DNA of 64,000 nucleotides, from positions 443,214 through 507,213 of the forward strand of contig JAPMXV010000045.1 in assembly GCA_026936335.1 (NCBI GenBank), read 5' to 3'. Every line of letters starts with the position of its first letter. Positions within the stretch are counted from its first letter, which is position 1. Made by a program: the position numbers and the translations under genes. The notes below the pieces were generated by a model. The model saw only the letters and a program-made list of their open reading frames with translations. It was not told the origin of the DNA and did not search any database. Of this stretch, positions 12,369-26,700 are shown piece by piece. The stretch is from Mantamonas sphyraenae STR306. Taxonomy: Eukaryota; Protista; CRuMs.

Positions 12369-12813
12369 ATGTCTGATTTCGAGATTGCTGCCGAAGAAGT
12401 GAAGAACCTGGACTCTGAGCCGTCGAACGAGGAGAAGCTCAAGCTGTACGCTCTGTTCAAGCAGGCGACGGTGGGCGACTGCAACACCGGTAGGTGATGG
12501 GGGACGTGAAGAGAGGGAGACCGCGCACATGCAGCGGAGGGGGCCGGGTGACGTGGCAAGGCTGTGGGAGGGAAATTTGCGTCGGTGGAAAACGCAACCT
12601 GGTTGTAGTTGTTCCAAAGCGGCAGAGTAGGAGAGAAACGAAGCTGACACGCAGGTGGCCGCACACAAAGAGCGCCCGGGCTTCTTTGACCAGACCGGCC
12701 GCTACAAGTGGGACGCCTGGGACGCGGAGAAGGGCACGTCCAAGGACGACGCTGAGAAGGCGTACGTCGAGCTCGTGGGCACGCTGAAGGAGTCCTATGG
12801 CTACTCCGGCTAA
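12369..12813 (+). CDS. ACBP: Acyl-CoA-binding protein (exons 12369-12489, 12671-12813); probable 5'UTR intron ending at 12368
   Basis: Not in ORF track. Spliced: [87 protein letters not shown]. Contains the ACBP motifs [12 protein letters not shown] and KWDAW. Confidence 0.95.
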
Positions 12814-12878
12814 GCAACAGCTTGCTTTGGACACAAAGACAGAAAAAGTGGGCATGGAATGAACATTGCATTCGGTGC

Positions 12879-15296
12879 TCACTTGAGCAGGTCTGCAAAG
12901 GGATCGGCTTTGCTTGCGTTGTCACTCGTGCCGTTGTTGTTGTTCTGGTTGTTGTTGCTTTGGGCAAATGGATTGAATGGGTTGTTGTTGGTTTGCTGTT
13001 GCTGGTGGCCAGAGGTGTTGCCAAACGGGTTGGTGTTGTCTCGCGTGCGGTTGGGCGAACGGCTGCGGCTGCGGCTTCGGCTACGATGCTGGGCACGCAC
13101 ATTGTCAAAGACGGCGTATGGGTCGTCAGAGCCTTTGGTTTGCGACTGCTGAGCAGGAGCGGATGTGGTCATGCCTCCTCCACCGCCCAGCACCAGTCCT
13201 TCCAGGCCGTTCCCTGAGCCTGCACTGGTGGACGTGTTGTTGTCGCTTCCTCCTCCCAGAGTCAGCGGCTGGTCGCCAAAGTAACCCAACGGGCTGGAGC
13301 GCTTGTTTCGCTGCGGGCTGGCTCGGGGCGACTTGTTGTTGGACGGGCTGACCGTGCTGCCGCCAACGGAGCGGGAGCGCTCGTTGAAAAAGTCATCAAA
13401 CCCATCGTCGTCGTCGTTGGTGTTGTTGTTGTTGTTGTTGTTGTTGTCAGAGCCACCAAAGACGTCAAAGAGAGCCTGGGACGGCGAGGAGCTACGCTTG
13501 TCAGCTTCAGGCGATGCGCTGTTTTCGCGACTGCCGGTTGATCCGGGCCGACCACGTCGACGCGGAGAACGGGAGCGGGACGAGCGTCGTCCTGCACTGA
13601 GGCCACCTGTGCTGCCACCGGAGGGGCTACGACCACGTCCACGGCGTCCGCGGCTGCCACTGCGAGGCTGGTCCAGGAAGGACGAGTCGATGCGCGAGCC
13701 TGTGTTTGCGCCGCGTGCACTGTCTGTTTGCTCAACCACAAGTTTCGGCGTGCCTGGCTGGGCCTGCTCTGTGTTTCGTGAATCGATCAAGCCTCCCTCT
13801 TCGTCATCGTCGTCGTTCCCGTCGCTGCCGACGTTGCCCGAGATTGCGGTCGTGGTCGTGGTGCCACCGCTGTTGTTGCTGCTGCTTCCACCCGACAGCA
13901 TCGAGAAGAAGTCGTTGTTTGCCGAAGCATGGCTTGAGTTGGTTGTGCTGGTTGTGGTGTTGCCACTGTTGCTGCTGTTGCCACTGCTGCTGCCAAGGCC
14001 CAAAAAGTCCACCTCTTCGGGCTCGGGCATCTCCTCGACCTCTGGGTTCACGCGCACCTCGTACATGTTGATGGCCTTGAGGAGCTTGCTGTGGATGTAC
14101 AGAATGCTGTTGAGGGCGGTCTCGTTACCAGCGCTGGTGAGCTCTTCTACCAGGCGCTGCATCGCCTTGTCCTTCTGCCTCATCGACTCCACCAGCTGCG
14201 AGATCATCGGATCCTGTGACAGGTCTGCGCCCTCGTCGCTCGCTCCAATCATCTCCACAGTCAGTGCGCTGAGCTCCTTGACCTCTTCCACCAGCGTGCT
14301 GTCGGCCTTGTCCAACTGGAGGGCTGCGTTCTCCTGGGGAGTGAAAATGGGAGCCAGATCCTCGCCGCTCTGAGGCGGAAAGTCAATGCCGTCAGCGAGC
14401 AACGACTCGTAGGTGGCAATGATGTTGGGGAAGCGCTGCTGCATCTGCTTGAACTCTTGAGCCCACGACTCGATCGTCACCAACACCTTTTCCTCCAATA
14501 GGTCACGGTAGAGGTTTTCGGACGAGTCCAACCTGTGCATACCCTTCTTGGGCTTGCGCTGTGTGTGTGTGTGTGTGTGTGTGTGTGAGCAACTGAGCAA
14601 CAGGGTCGTGTGTGGGAGCGGAGGCGAGGTGAGAACAGCGGGGGTCCACACAAAACTCACGCGTTCGACCAACTTGCACAGCACCGCGAGGAACTTGGAC
14701 TCGTTGATTTCCTTGTGAAACTCGCCACTGGTGTTCTTGACACACGAGTCGAGCACCTATTGACAACAGAAAGACACGATCGAGGACGCCGGGAAGGGTG
14801 AGCATGGGCGAAGGAGTTTGCGTGAAGAAGGCCGGAGGGACGCAAACTCACAATCATCGTCAGCAGCTTCTCCTTGTCGGACACCTTTTTTGCACTCAGA
14901 CGCTTCTTGACGATGTCTGCAAGGTCCTTGGGACTGGCGGGGGAGGGAAACGGGGAAGGTGGGGGCGAACGGAGCACAGGTCAGTGTGTGTGAGCATCGC
15001 AAAGGGCGGTGGGACGGAAAAAGGGAGAGGATCAACGTACGCTTGCGGACGTGTGTTGAGCAGGTCACAGATCTGTGTGTGGGAAAGATTCCATGGGCGT
15101 TGGTCACCCACGGAGAAGCAGGTGTATGGTGAAGAGATGGCAGGAACGTCAGCAAGCAGTGGTTCCCAAAAGACCTCTGCTGGGGGCAACCTACGTTGAA
15201 GATATTCTGGTAGTCCGGCTCATCGACAGCCCTCTCCTCTTTGGTAGCATCCAGCAGGAGGTTCTGCATGCGCGTAGCATCATAGTGTCCGGCCAT
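12879..15296 (-). CDS. TOM1-like VHS-GAT endosomal adaptor (exons 15296-15195, 15072-15041, 14933-14852, 14756-14661, 14558-12879)
   Basis: All introns GT-AG and phase-consistent. VHS: DATKE..DEPDYQNIFNICDLLN..IVKKRL..LLTMIVLDSCVKNTSGEFHKEI..IESW..YESLLADGIDFP; APIFTP linker; GAT-like helical region. Disordered tail carries NPF x3, DPF and GFDDFF endocytic motifs. Confidence 0.85.
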
Positions 15297-15497
15297 TGTG
15301 GAGTTGTGTGGTTCTGGTTTCGTTGGCTGGGCATGAGAACGGGTTGTGGCTGCACTGCACATGTGCACGACGTGTGTTCATCAAGAGAGAAGGCTCGGTG
15401 GAAGGTCAGTCGTGAGACACGGGGCCACGGGACAAGGACTGTGCAGAGGAATCGCGGCCAGCGAGCCACGCCAACAAGAATTTCCACTTCCTCGCAG

Positions 15498-16031
15498 CTC
15501 TTTGCAGCCATCTCGGATGGAGACGCAGACGCTGTGAGGGCTCTGTTGGCTTCTGGCGTGTCTCCGAATCAGCAGCTGATTCTTGGGACGCCGCCTCTGA
15601 TGCTGGCGGCGTCCAAGGGGTTTCCGGACACTGCCGCGGCACTGCTGGAAGGAGGAGCTGCGGTGGATGTACGTGGGGCCACTGGCATGACGCCGCTTAT
15701 GCTTGCAGCACGGAACGGGCACGCGGAAGCCGTTCTGGTCTTCCTGGCGCACGGAGCAGACGTTCACGCCGACGACGGCAAATCCTGGACGGCCGTGGCC
15801 AAGGCAGCGGCAAGAGGGCACACAGAGACGGTGTGGGTGTTGGTGGAAGCAGGGGCAGACCTGAACACCTGCCGTGCACTTGACGATGTGCAGCAGGAGC
15901 GGCTGAACGATGAAGGTGTTGAACGAATTTTTGGGGTTGCATCCCGGCAGGGAGCGAAGAGAGACTGCATTCGTGTGATCGCGCTCAGGCCGCAGCGTCC
16001 ACCAGGACAGGCAGGGTGTGGGCGTACCTCA
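15498..16031 (+). pseudogene. Ankyrin-repeat coding segment (~4 repeats) with no clear start and no stop before the convergent alpha-tubulin
   Basis: LFAAISDGDADAVRALLASG, GTPPLMLAASKG, GMTPLMLAARNGHAEAV..LAHGADVH, WTAVAKAAARGHTETV..GADLN. Frame stays open antisense through tubulin to 17495. Could be a functional gene with unresolved structure. Confidence 0.5.
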
Positions 16032-17767
<1,736 letters not shown>

Positions 17768-18567
17768 TGTTGTTGTTTGGTAGTTGTTTCTGTACACACG
17801 TGCACACACAGAGTCAGCATACGCATGCGTAGACACGGATGGGAGCCGTTTTTGGCGGGCGCCACATGTGACCGTTGCTGTGCGCGCAAAAAGCTGCACG
17901 CACGTCGCGGCCACACACGACACACACGGCACACACGACACAACATGCACGCACTCAAACACACCTTTAAAAAGAAGAGTTTGGTTGTTGGTTGAGTTTT
18001 GTTCGCTTCGAGTGTTTCTTTGACTGTTTTGAAGTCGGTCAAGGAAGTCCTTCGAGTTTTGGCTCTTTGGTTTGTGTTGGTCGGGCGCGAGCGTCGGCGC
18101 CGCATCGGCTTTTGACCGCATCCGAGGCGTTTTTGAACGTTGCACTTGTGCATGCACATCCATGTTGGAAGGAGGGTGTGTGGATGCATGGAGTGCACGG
18201 CAGGCGCTAGCAGAGACGATATGGGACTGCTGATCGTAGTGCACGCAAGATTCCGCCCGCCATCGCACCGTACCCCATGGTCGCATCAAGCATTGCCCAC
18301 AGGGAAGGGGGGGGAGGGGAAGAAAAATGGAAGAAGACGCCAGGTGTAGGTGTATGGGAATCCATTCACATGTGCCCACGCTCGGAGCGCAAACCAATCA
18401 CGCCGCAACAACAACAACAAGTGCTTGCCCGCTCACCAAACCAGCGCGGGCTCCGACTGCTTCTTCTTGGCTGCTGCCATGTCCAGGATGTGAGGGTGCG
18501 ACAAAGACAATGGCAATCGGCTCAGATTTCATTCCGCGCAACTCAACTGCTGACAAAGGGCATCATC

Positions 18568-21500
18568 CTATCCCCGTTTCCGCGATCGAAGCACAACAGC
18601 TGCTGTAGTGTTTGTGAAATCCTTGACTTGCAGCGCAGAGAAACGCTTTGCCGAAGAGTCGTATTTGTAAAACTGGTGCACGAGTGATTTGTCCAAACGC
18701 TCCGGTCCCGTGCCGTGTAGCTTGACACCTTGGCCGTATGTGTGGTCAAAGGAGTACAGAGCACGGTAGGCCAGAGAAGAACGCTGCAGAAGCACGACAA
18801 AGTAGTTCAGCTCCTTGTCCTCCAGCTCTTGCAGCACCTCCTTGCGGATTTCTTGGTTGATGTACCCGGCGAGGCAAACGTGCGTGATCGCATTCTTCAT
18901 CAAACGACGGTTGGACTTGCCTGCACCCATTCCTGTGCGTACCTTGCGCTCACGTGGTGTGTACTCTCCGTACTCATGAGTCTCGGGCATACTTGCCAGC
19001 CGTTCGTACCGCCTCAGCTCAGCTTCGCGGTGCTTTTGGTCCAGCAGCCGCTTCTGCTCCTCTTCCTTGCCCTTGAGCATTTCTTGTTTGCGCTGCATCA
19101 GCTCTTCTTTGCGTTTCTTTGCCTCCTCGACCTTGCGCTTCCGCAACTCCAGAAATCGCGCCCGTTTTCGCTCCAATTCCTCCAATTTGTCTGTGCGCGC
19201 CTCCTCCGTCATCACCACAAACCGCTGATTGTGTTCGTGCGGCGACCCGTTGTTGCCCTCGTCCATGACTCCTACACTCACCACAGCACCCGATGCCTCG
19301 TGCACGTCCCCCTTTCTCTTTGGCGGAGTGAACTCCACGTTTGCCCATCCGTCCTCTTGCACGGCCACCACGTGTGCAGAATCGCCGCCTGATGAGGTGC
19401 TTGTTGTGGTGGTTGACAAACTCCGCGCCTGCTGTCCGTACCCATGCCCTTCGACCGACTTATCCGTCTTGCGGAGCTGGTTCACGGGCGTGCGATCAAA
19501 CCACTTTTTGCGCCCACCAACACTGCGCGGTGTCTCCTCCTCTTCTTCTTCTCCCTCCTGCACCTTATGATCAACAATTTCATCACCTTTGTCAAACGAC
19601 CATTCGAGGTGCAGGTCAGCTTCCTCCTCCAGCGCCGGTGCATCCTCCTCTCCCGCTCGTCTCGTCGTCCCCATACTCGTCCTCATCCACAATCTCTTCG
19701 TCCTCTTCGTGTTCGTCGTCGTCCAGTACATACTCTGTGCTGCGCTGTATGGCGTCGATGGCGTCCGGAACGTCCATGTCGTTCTGTTGGAGCACCATGT
19801 CCATCACCTGCAGCCCCATAGTCCGCTTCTCGGCTTTCACCGCTTGCATCACTCTTTGCCGTTCCTCCTCCAGCAACTTGCGTTGACGCTCCAGCTCGAA
19901 ACGCAACATCATATTCTCCTGCTGCAGCTCTGCTGCGGTGCGCAATCCAATAATCGGTTGGCCCGCAGCCTCTGCTTCCTCCACATCCCCCATGGGCGGG
20001 TACATTGCGTTTGTGTCCAACAAGAAGCGCCCCGATGACCCGGGAGTTCCTGGATCCTGTTGCTTCAGCACCGATGTGCTCTGAGAAAGGAAGCGCATCG
20101 CACGCCGATCCTCAGCAACATCCAGCGGCCCCGGTTTTGGTTTGGATGCTGTTCTGGACTCTGCAGGCGGAGACAGAGACTTGACAGACACCTGGTTGGA
20201 GAATGCCACGTGAAGCTTGGGCGGCGGGGGCCCCATTCCGTCGTCCTCGTCGTCCTCGTTCTCGTATTCTTCTTCGTCCTCATCCCCGAGCACAGGACTG
20301 TCCTCATCCTCAAGGGAAGGCCTTGAGTGCATTGTGGGTCGCGTTGGCAACGTGTCATCGAGGGGTGCCACGCTTCCGCGTTGGCCCTCCATGTAGTCTT
20401 CGTCCTCTGTTTCGTCTTCTTCGTCCTCGTCCTCATCGTCCTCGTCTTCTTCGTCGCTGGCTTGCAAAGGCATATCTTGCTCCTCGATACTGGCGCTCTC
20501 GTTGGAGGCACGGGACAGACGATGAAGCATGTGCGTCAGGTCCATGGACTGTTGCAAAGAGGCCACGCTCTGCATCAACGGCTCCTCGCTGCGTGAAGCA
20601 TGGATGGACGATTCCATCTGTGGCGCTTGCGACACCACTGGCCTTTCAGATTCGTCTTCCTCGCCAAGGTCGTCATCTTCAAACGCAGAGGGGGGGAGGG
20701 AGAAGCGCTGTGAAGGCATCGCTGGCGTCGGTGGAGTCCTCCGCTGCACCAGCGCTGCATCCTGCTCCTCCTCTCCATCCATCAGGTCGCTGTCATCCAA
20801 AGTATGCCCCAAGAGCACATCATCCGACTCCATGAGGCCGTTGGCGATCTGTTCGTCCGAGACAATGGCCACCGTCGCCGGCTCAGCATCGACGGCAGTG
20901 CGCGAATACAGCACCGGCATCCTTTTGCCGCTGCTGCGTACACTCGACGTGGTCGCTTGTCCGATCTCGTCTGTTTTTGTCAACGATTTCAAGTTGCTCT
21001 TGCGGGTTGGCGGCGTTGGCCACAATTGCGGATCGACACCGGTCAACTTTGGGCTCGAGCTCCTCACCGTTTCTGACGTTGCAAACAGCCCAGGTGTCGA
21101 CTGCCTCACACCTTCATCACCATCGTCCTGTCCTCCATCCACCCCACTTCGCACAACCATCGATTGTCGCACCGATGGGTGCGGCCCGTGAAACGCACTA
21201 AGGTCCACCTCTTGCCCGCCATGCACCGTTTCTGACGTTGCAAACAGCCCAGGTGTCGACTGCCTCACACCGCCGTCACCATCGTCCTCTACCCCATCCA
21301 CCCCACTTCGCACAACCATCGATTGTCGCACCGATGGGTGCGGCCCGTGAAACGCACTCAAGTCCACCTCTTGCCCGCCATGCACCGTTTCTGACGTTGC
21401 AAACAGCCCAGGTGTTGACTGCCTTACACCTTCATCACCATCGTCCTGTCCTCCATCCACTCCACTTCGCACAACCATCGATTGACGCATCGATGGGTGC

Positions 21501-23662
21501 GGCCCGTGAAACGCACTCAAGTCCACCTCTTGCCCGCCATGCACCGTTTCTGACGTTGCAAACAGCCCAGGTGTTGACTGCCTTACACCTTCATCACCAT
21601 CGTCCTGTCCTCCATCCACTCCACTTCGCACAACCATCGATTGTCGCACCGATGGGTGCGGCCCGTGAAACGCACTAAGGTCCACCTCTTGCCCGCCATG
21701 CACCGTTTCTGACGTTGCAAACAGCCCAGGTGTCGACTGCCTCACACCGCCGTCACCATCGTCCTCTACCCCATCCACCCCACTTCGCACAACCATCGAT
21801 TGTCGCACCGATGGGTGCGGCCCGTGAAACGCACTCAAGTCCGCCTCTTGCCCGCCATGCACCGTTTCTGACGTTGCAAACAGCCCAGGTGTCGACTGTC
21901 TCACACCTTCATCACCATCGTCCTGTCCTCCATCCACTCCACTTCGCACAACCATCGATTGTCGCACCGGTGGGTGCGGCCCGTGAAACGCTCGTTCCGG
22001 TTCCTCTGTGCTTACCTTGACGCTGACGATGGCATCTTTCTCCACATGTTCCACCACTTGTGCTCGTTTCTCCAATTCCGCCTCTAATTTCCGCAGCCGC
22101 TGTTCATCTGCCTCGATTTTCTCCAGTCGCTTCTTCGTGTCCCTTTCTCCGCCCTTCTCCTTCTTCTTTTTCCTCTTTTTCTTCTTTAACTTCTTTGTTT
22201 TTCCCTTGACCACGTTTTCCTTGTCACCATTGTCCATTCCCCCGTTTCCTGTGTCTTTGAGCAAGGCGTCGTCGTTCGAGGCCTCGTCCACAGTACTCAC
22301 AGCCACCTCTTCCACCTCGGCACGCCTCACCGTGACGGTACGCCTTGTCTTGTTCTTCTTGGGATTGCTTGTCGCGTGCTTGACCTCCCCGGTGCTGGTA
22401 CTACTACTGCTGCTCTGCTCCTGTTGATCTTCCGCGACTGGACCGTGCTCCACCTGCTCCATTTCCGCTTCAATCTCGTTCACCATTTGCTTGCTTAGGC
22501 TCGTGTACGCCTTGTTGACCAGGGACACCAGCAAACTCTTGTAGTGCAGCGCAAATGCAGAGCCAAACGTTGCTAGTTGTTCGGCGCTCAGCGAACTGTA
22601 CATGCGGAGCTTCGTCAATGCTTTGACGACCAATCCATGATTGTATGTGCTCTCTTGCTGCGTATGCACCTTGTCGGTGCTCTTGCTGACCACAGCGTAG
22701 CCAAAGGGCAGTTGTTTGGGAAAGTAGTATCCCAACACCGCACAAAGCACCTGGCCGTCCTGCAGGCTCTGTGGGATCCCTTCGACTTGGGGCACCACCT
22801 TTTTCTTGCGAAACATCGTCTCTGAGACCACACGCAGCCACAGCAGCAAGCATGCGTCCCAGCTGTGCGGCACCACCAGCCGCGCTTCCTCATCTTTGTC
22901 TTGCTGCGCGGCGTGTACAAGCACCTGCACACGCTCTACCCTTGCCTTGTGTGTCACAAATATGCCCACCAACAGATCGATCACGGCCACGTGCACAGAG
23001 GCAAACATCGGCTGCGCAAACGCGAGCTCCTCCGGAATGACGAGCGTGTGAGTCTCGCTGTCGATCGCCTTGAGTGAATACTGCGCAAGCCAATCCAACA
23101 CTGTGGCCATGCGGTGTGCCGCCAGACTTTCCATGCTCTGGTTCGATGCTTGCCCCTCGATTCCAGCCGGCGGCTGCTCTTCAAACAACAGTTCGCACGC
23201 GATCAAGTACAGCTCTCCGCTGGGCAGCAATGCATTCATCTGTGTGTCTGTGCACGGATCCTCCATCTGCGTGTACATCACAACATACACCACACGTGGT
23301 GCACATCCACATCCACGTCCCACAACCGGTGTGTCAGCATTCTACACTCACGGCTGCGCGCGCAAAAACGGCTGCCAGCAACCCCACTCCGTGGGGCACA
23401 GCCTGCCTAATCCAAGCGTCCATGCACACACGGTCCCAGAATACCACAAAAGCACCATCGTGTGTCCTCCATATTGCTCTTTGTTCGCCTCTCTTTCCCG
23501 TTTGCGCGCGCCGCACCCACTCACCTCGTCCAATCTCCCCAGCGCGGTCGCACACTCGGTTGCCAGCGCCTTGAGCCGTTGGTTGTCTGATATGTCCCTA
23601 TGACTCACCGCCAACTGCAGGAGCCAGCGTATGGACACCCGAAACTTTGTGTCCACGTCCAT
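18568..23662 (-). CDS. CAMSAP/Patronin-like microtubule minus-end protein (exon 1 23662-23525, exon 2 from 23266; frameshift ~19650)
   Basis: N-terminal KFRVSIRWLL and LLPSGELY; CAMSAP-type CH domain (DACLLLWL..SLQDGQVLCAVLGYYFP); coiled coils; C-terminal CKK domain (KSNRRLMKNAITHVCLAG..YFVVLL..YRALY..GTGPERL..FYKYDSSAKRF). Confidence 0.82.
21065..21991. repeat. Coding tandem repeat, 159 bp (53 aa) x ~5.8, near-identical
   Basis: caccgtttctgacgttgcaaacagcccagg recurs at 21065, 21224, 21383, 21542, 21701, 21860. Confidence 0.97.
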
Positions 23663-23796
23663 TCCTGCCTCTGGCGTCCGTTTGCCGCGGCCGCGCAGCT
23701 TACTGTATGCCAATTGCATTGCAAAGAATGGGCCATCCCATGTCCATTTTGTTCACACCCACCACTCCTTCCATCATCTTCATTCCGCGTCGTTCA

Positions 23797-26700
23797 TCAG
23801 TCCGCGTCGATTTCTGCGCAGTACGTGAACGAGTAGCGAAGGCGTTCGGCCAACACCTCCTTGCTGCTGTACCTCGGCAGGTCCAGCTGGAACGAACACG
23901 TATGCGCCACAGGAAGCGCCTGGTCCGAGTTGCGGTACGACGTGCTGATGGTGAACGTGTACGACAGGCCATCGCTTCCAGAGATCGGCAGACGCGAACG
24001 GCCCCAAACGAAGCGCAGGAACGACTGGCGTTCCTCGGGCGTAAACTCCTCCATCGCCTGCCAGAAGTTTTCGATCAGAGCGTCCGTGCGCGAGTGTCCC
24101 GAGTAGGATGTGTGTCGCTTCAGCGTCTCCACATCCACGTCGGGGATGCCGCACACACGCACTTGAAGATCTTGCCAGGTCATCAGCGAAAACAGTCGCG
24201 TCGGCACCATTGCGTTGAGGCCCTCTCGGATCCACTCGATCTGCTGGTCACACTCTGTCATACGGTACTGTTCCACCAACTCCACCCACTCGTGCCTGTT
24301 CTCAAAGGTCACACGCTTGTTTGCCCCTCCAGGCACAAGTTCCACCGTCTTGCCGTCCGAGTTGGTCGTCACAAAACGCTCGTCAATTGTGTACTGAAAC
24401 ATTTCTGCGTCTACTCCCTGCTCGTCGATGTGCAAGATGCTGTCGTTGCACTGCACCGTGCTAATGTCGATCGCCTCCAGGTCGCTGCGTGTCACAGCAA
24501 AGTTCACCAGCTTCTTCCACACAATGCTAGGGAAGCGCAGGTCCATTGCCATGGCCTGGTGCAGACCACAACCAATCAGCTTGCCGAGGAATTGGAAGAA
24601 GAGTTTGTGCTCGTCGCTCGTCAGCGACGGGTTCGGGATAAACTTGTCGCGGTTCTGGCCCAGCGAATTGTTGCTCTTGCTGTTCGGCACCGGGATGAGC
24701 AAGTAGATGTGCGGCGCATGGATCTCCTTCAACATCTCTGTGAAGGTCTCGCGGTAGGGGCCTCCAGCGTCGATGGAGTTTTCACCCGCAAAGTCCACGT
24801 GCCACGCCTGCTGGTCGGGACGCTGGCGCAGCGACTTGACTTCGTTCACCAACGCCTTGGAAATCTGACCAAACACACTTGTGCGCAGCGTGTGGTCGCT
24901 CGGCTCTTGATCCCACAGCGGCACCGTCTTGAGGCGGTCGATGTTGATGTTCGGTCGGTAGTCTCCCGTGTGTGCGAGCTTCATGCCCTCCTCCCACAGC
25001 ACCAGCTTGGGTTTCAGGAAAACCAGGCCGCGTACCTGGCTAAAGTCGTTGGCCAATGAAAACTTCTGCTCGATCTGCGTCAGGTCCACAAGCGGCAGGA
25101 ACACATTCATGCTCTCGTTCACAGTCTGCAACACAATCAGACGCCTCTGCAGCGCATGCACATCCAAGTGGTTGATCGCACGATACGGCAACAAGTCATC
25201 CTTGGTGGGCATAAACTCGTCCAGTGGGTTCACAATGTCGCTTGGGTCGCCCTCTGGCTTGCTGCGACGCACCAACGTCGTCGCCAATTCCACCAACTGC
25301 TGGTCCATAATGCGGTTGTAAGCACGCTGCTCCTTGCAGAACGCTTCAAACTCGTCTTGGCGCGTCTCCACAGCCGCCTCGGCTCCCGACGGTGTGTAGG
25401 CAGCAGGCTCGACTGTGAAGGACACACCGTGCTTCTGCACAGTGCGCGACGAATCGGACACGTCCAGTTCGCTCACAAAAGTCACGCTGTCGCCCCTGTC
25501 GTACAGGGACACGGCTGGGAAGAGCTCCTCCTGGATGCCTGCCAGTCCCTCCGTGTACGCCTTGCCCAGGTCCTTGCCGTTGCGCTCAAACTGCAGCCAG
25601 CCTTCATCTGTGTCGATGGTTACCTTGATCAAATCGTTGGTGGCCATCTTTTCGCCGTAGCTGCTGCTGCTGCCGTTGTGGTAGCGGTATCCGCTCGACG
25701 AGCCGTAGTACGACCAAGCGGACACGCCGCTGCTTCCTCCAACATAGTACGACAATGACTGCGCACGCGAACTCACGCCAATCATGATGTTGGCCGACGA
25801 ACTGGTGCTGTTGATGCGCACCGTCCACGACTGACGCCCGACCAGGCGCGTCTTGCCCAGCACTGTGCGCCACGTGGTCGAGTAGCTGTTGTTGGCCGTG
25901 GCCGTGGCCCCATCGTCGGTCAGGTCGATCTTGCCGTCGCACCAGTCGCTGTCCATCACGTAGGCGGGCTTGGACGGGAAGTGCCAGTAGAAGCGGCCGG
26001 CTGGCAGCATCAGGGTGTGCGACACAGCCTTGCCCGCCTCCTGCTCGTACGTCCAGCTGCCGAGCAGATTCTTGCCCTCGGCATCGTGGGTAAACACAAT
26101 GTGGTCGTTCAGCTCCATGTCGCAATCGTCGTCGAAGCGCACACGCACCGCGGTGACCTCGTCCATCTCCACCAGATCCGTCGTCTTGACGCTGCTGTAC
26201 GGATGTGCGCTCTCGAAGCGCACCTGTTGATCTTCGCTGCCCAGTTTCAGCAGGCACTTGATGACCAGCGAGTTGGGCAGATCGCGTTTGTACAGGGTGC
26301 TGTGGATAAAGTCGGCCACCTCGCCCACGTCGTCAAACCACTGTTCCTCTTCCTGCTGCTTGATTGCGGCGCGGCCCTTTTTGCCGCGTCGCTTGCTGCT
26401 TTCGTCGCCAGCCACCTTGAGGTGGCGCGTGGCAAGCATGAGCTCGACCAGAACCTGCAGGTACGCAGGGGGCAACGACACTTGCCACCTTCTGTGCTGG
26501 GTCGGTTCTCCATGTACAGCTTGTGCATCAGCTTGCGCATCTTGCTGATGGCCCGGATGTCCACCTCGCCACTCAGCTTGCGCAGCACCACAGCCATCAG
26601 GCGCATCACGCGCACTGTGTACGAGTTGCTCTTCTGGCCCAGGAACGTAAACATGCACGCGGCGAGACGGCCTGCGTCGTCGCTGTGCACGTCGTGCTTG

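Noticed and set aside
17970-18567. Small ORFs or ncRNA between tubulin and CAMSAP
   Set aside because: No recognisable protein, tRNA or snRNA features; best explained as tubulin promoter plus CAMSAP 3'UTR.
21065-21991. Possible CRISPR-like array
   Set aside because: Whole 159-bp units are repeated with no unique spacers, in frame within a eukaryotic CDS, and no cas genes are present.
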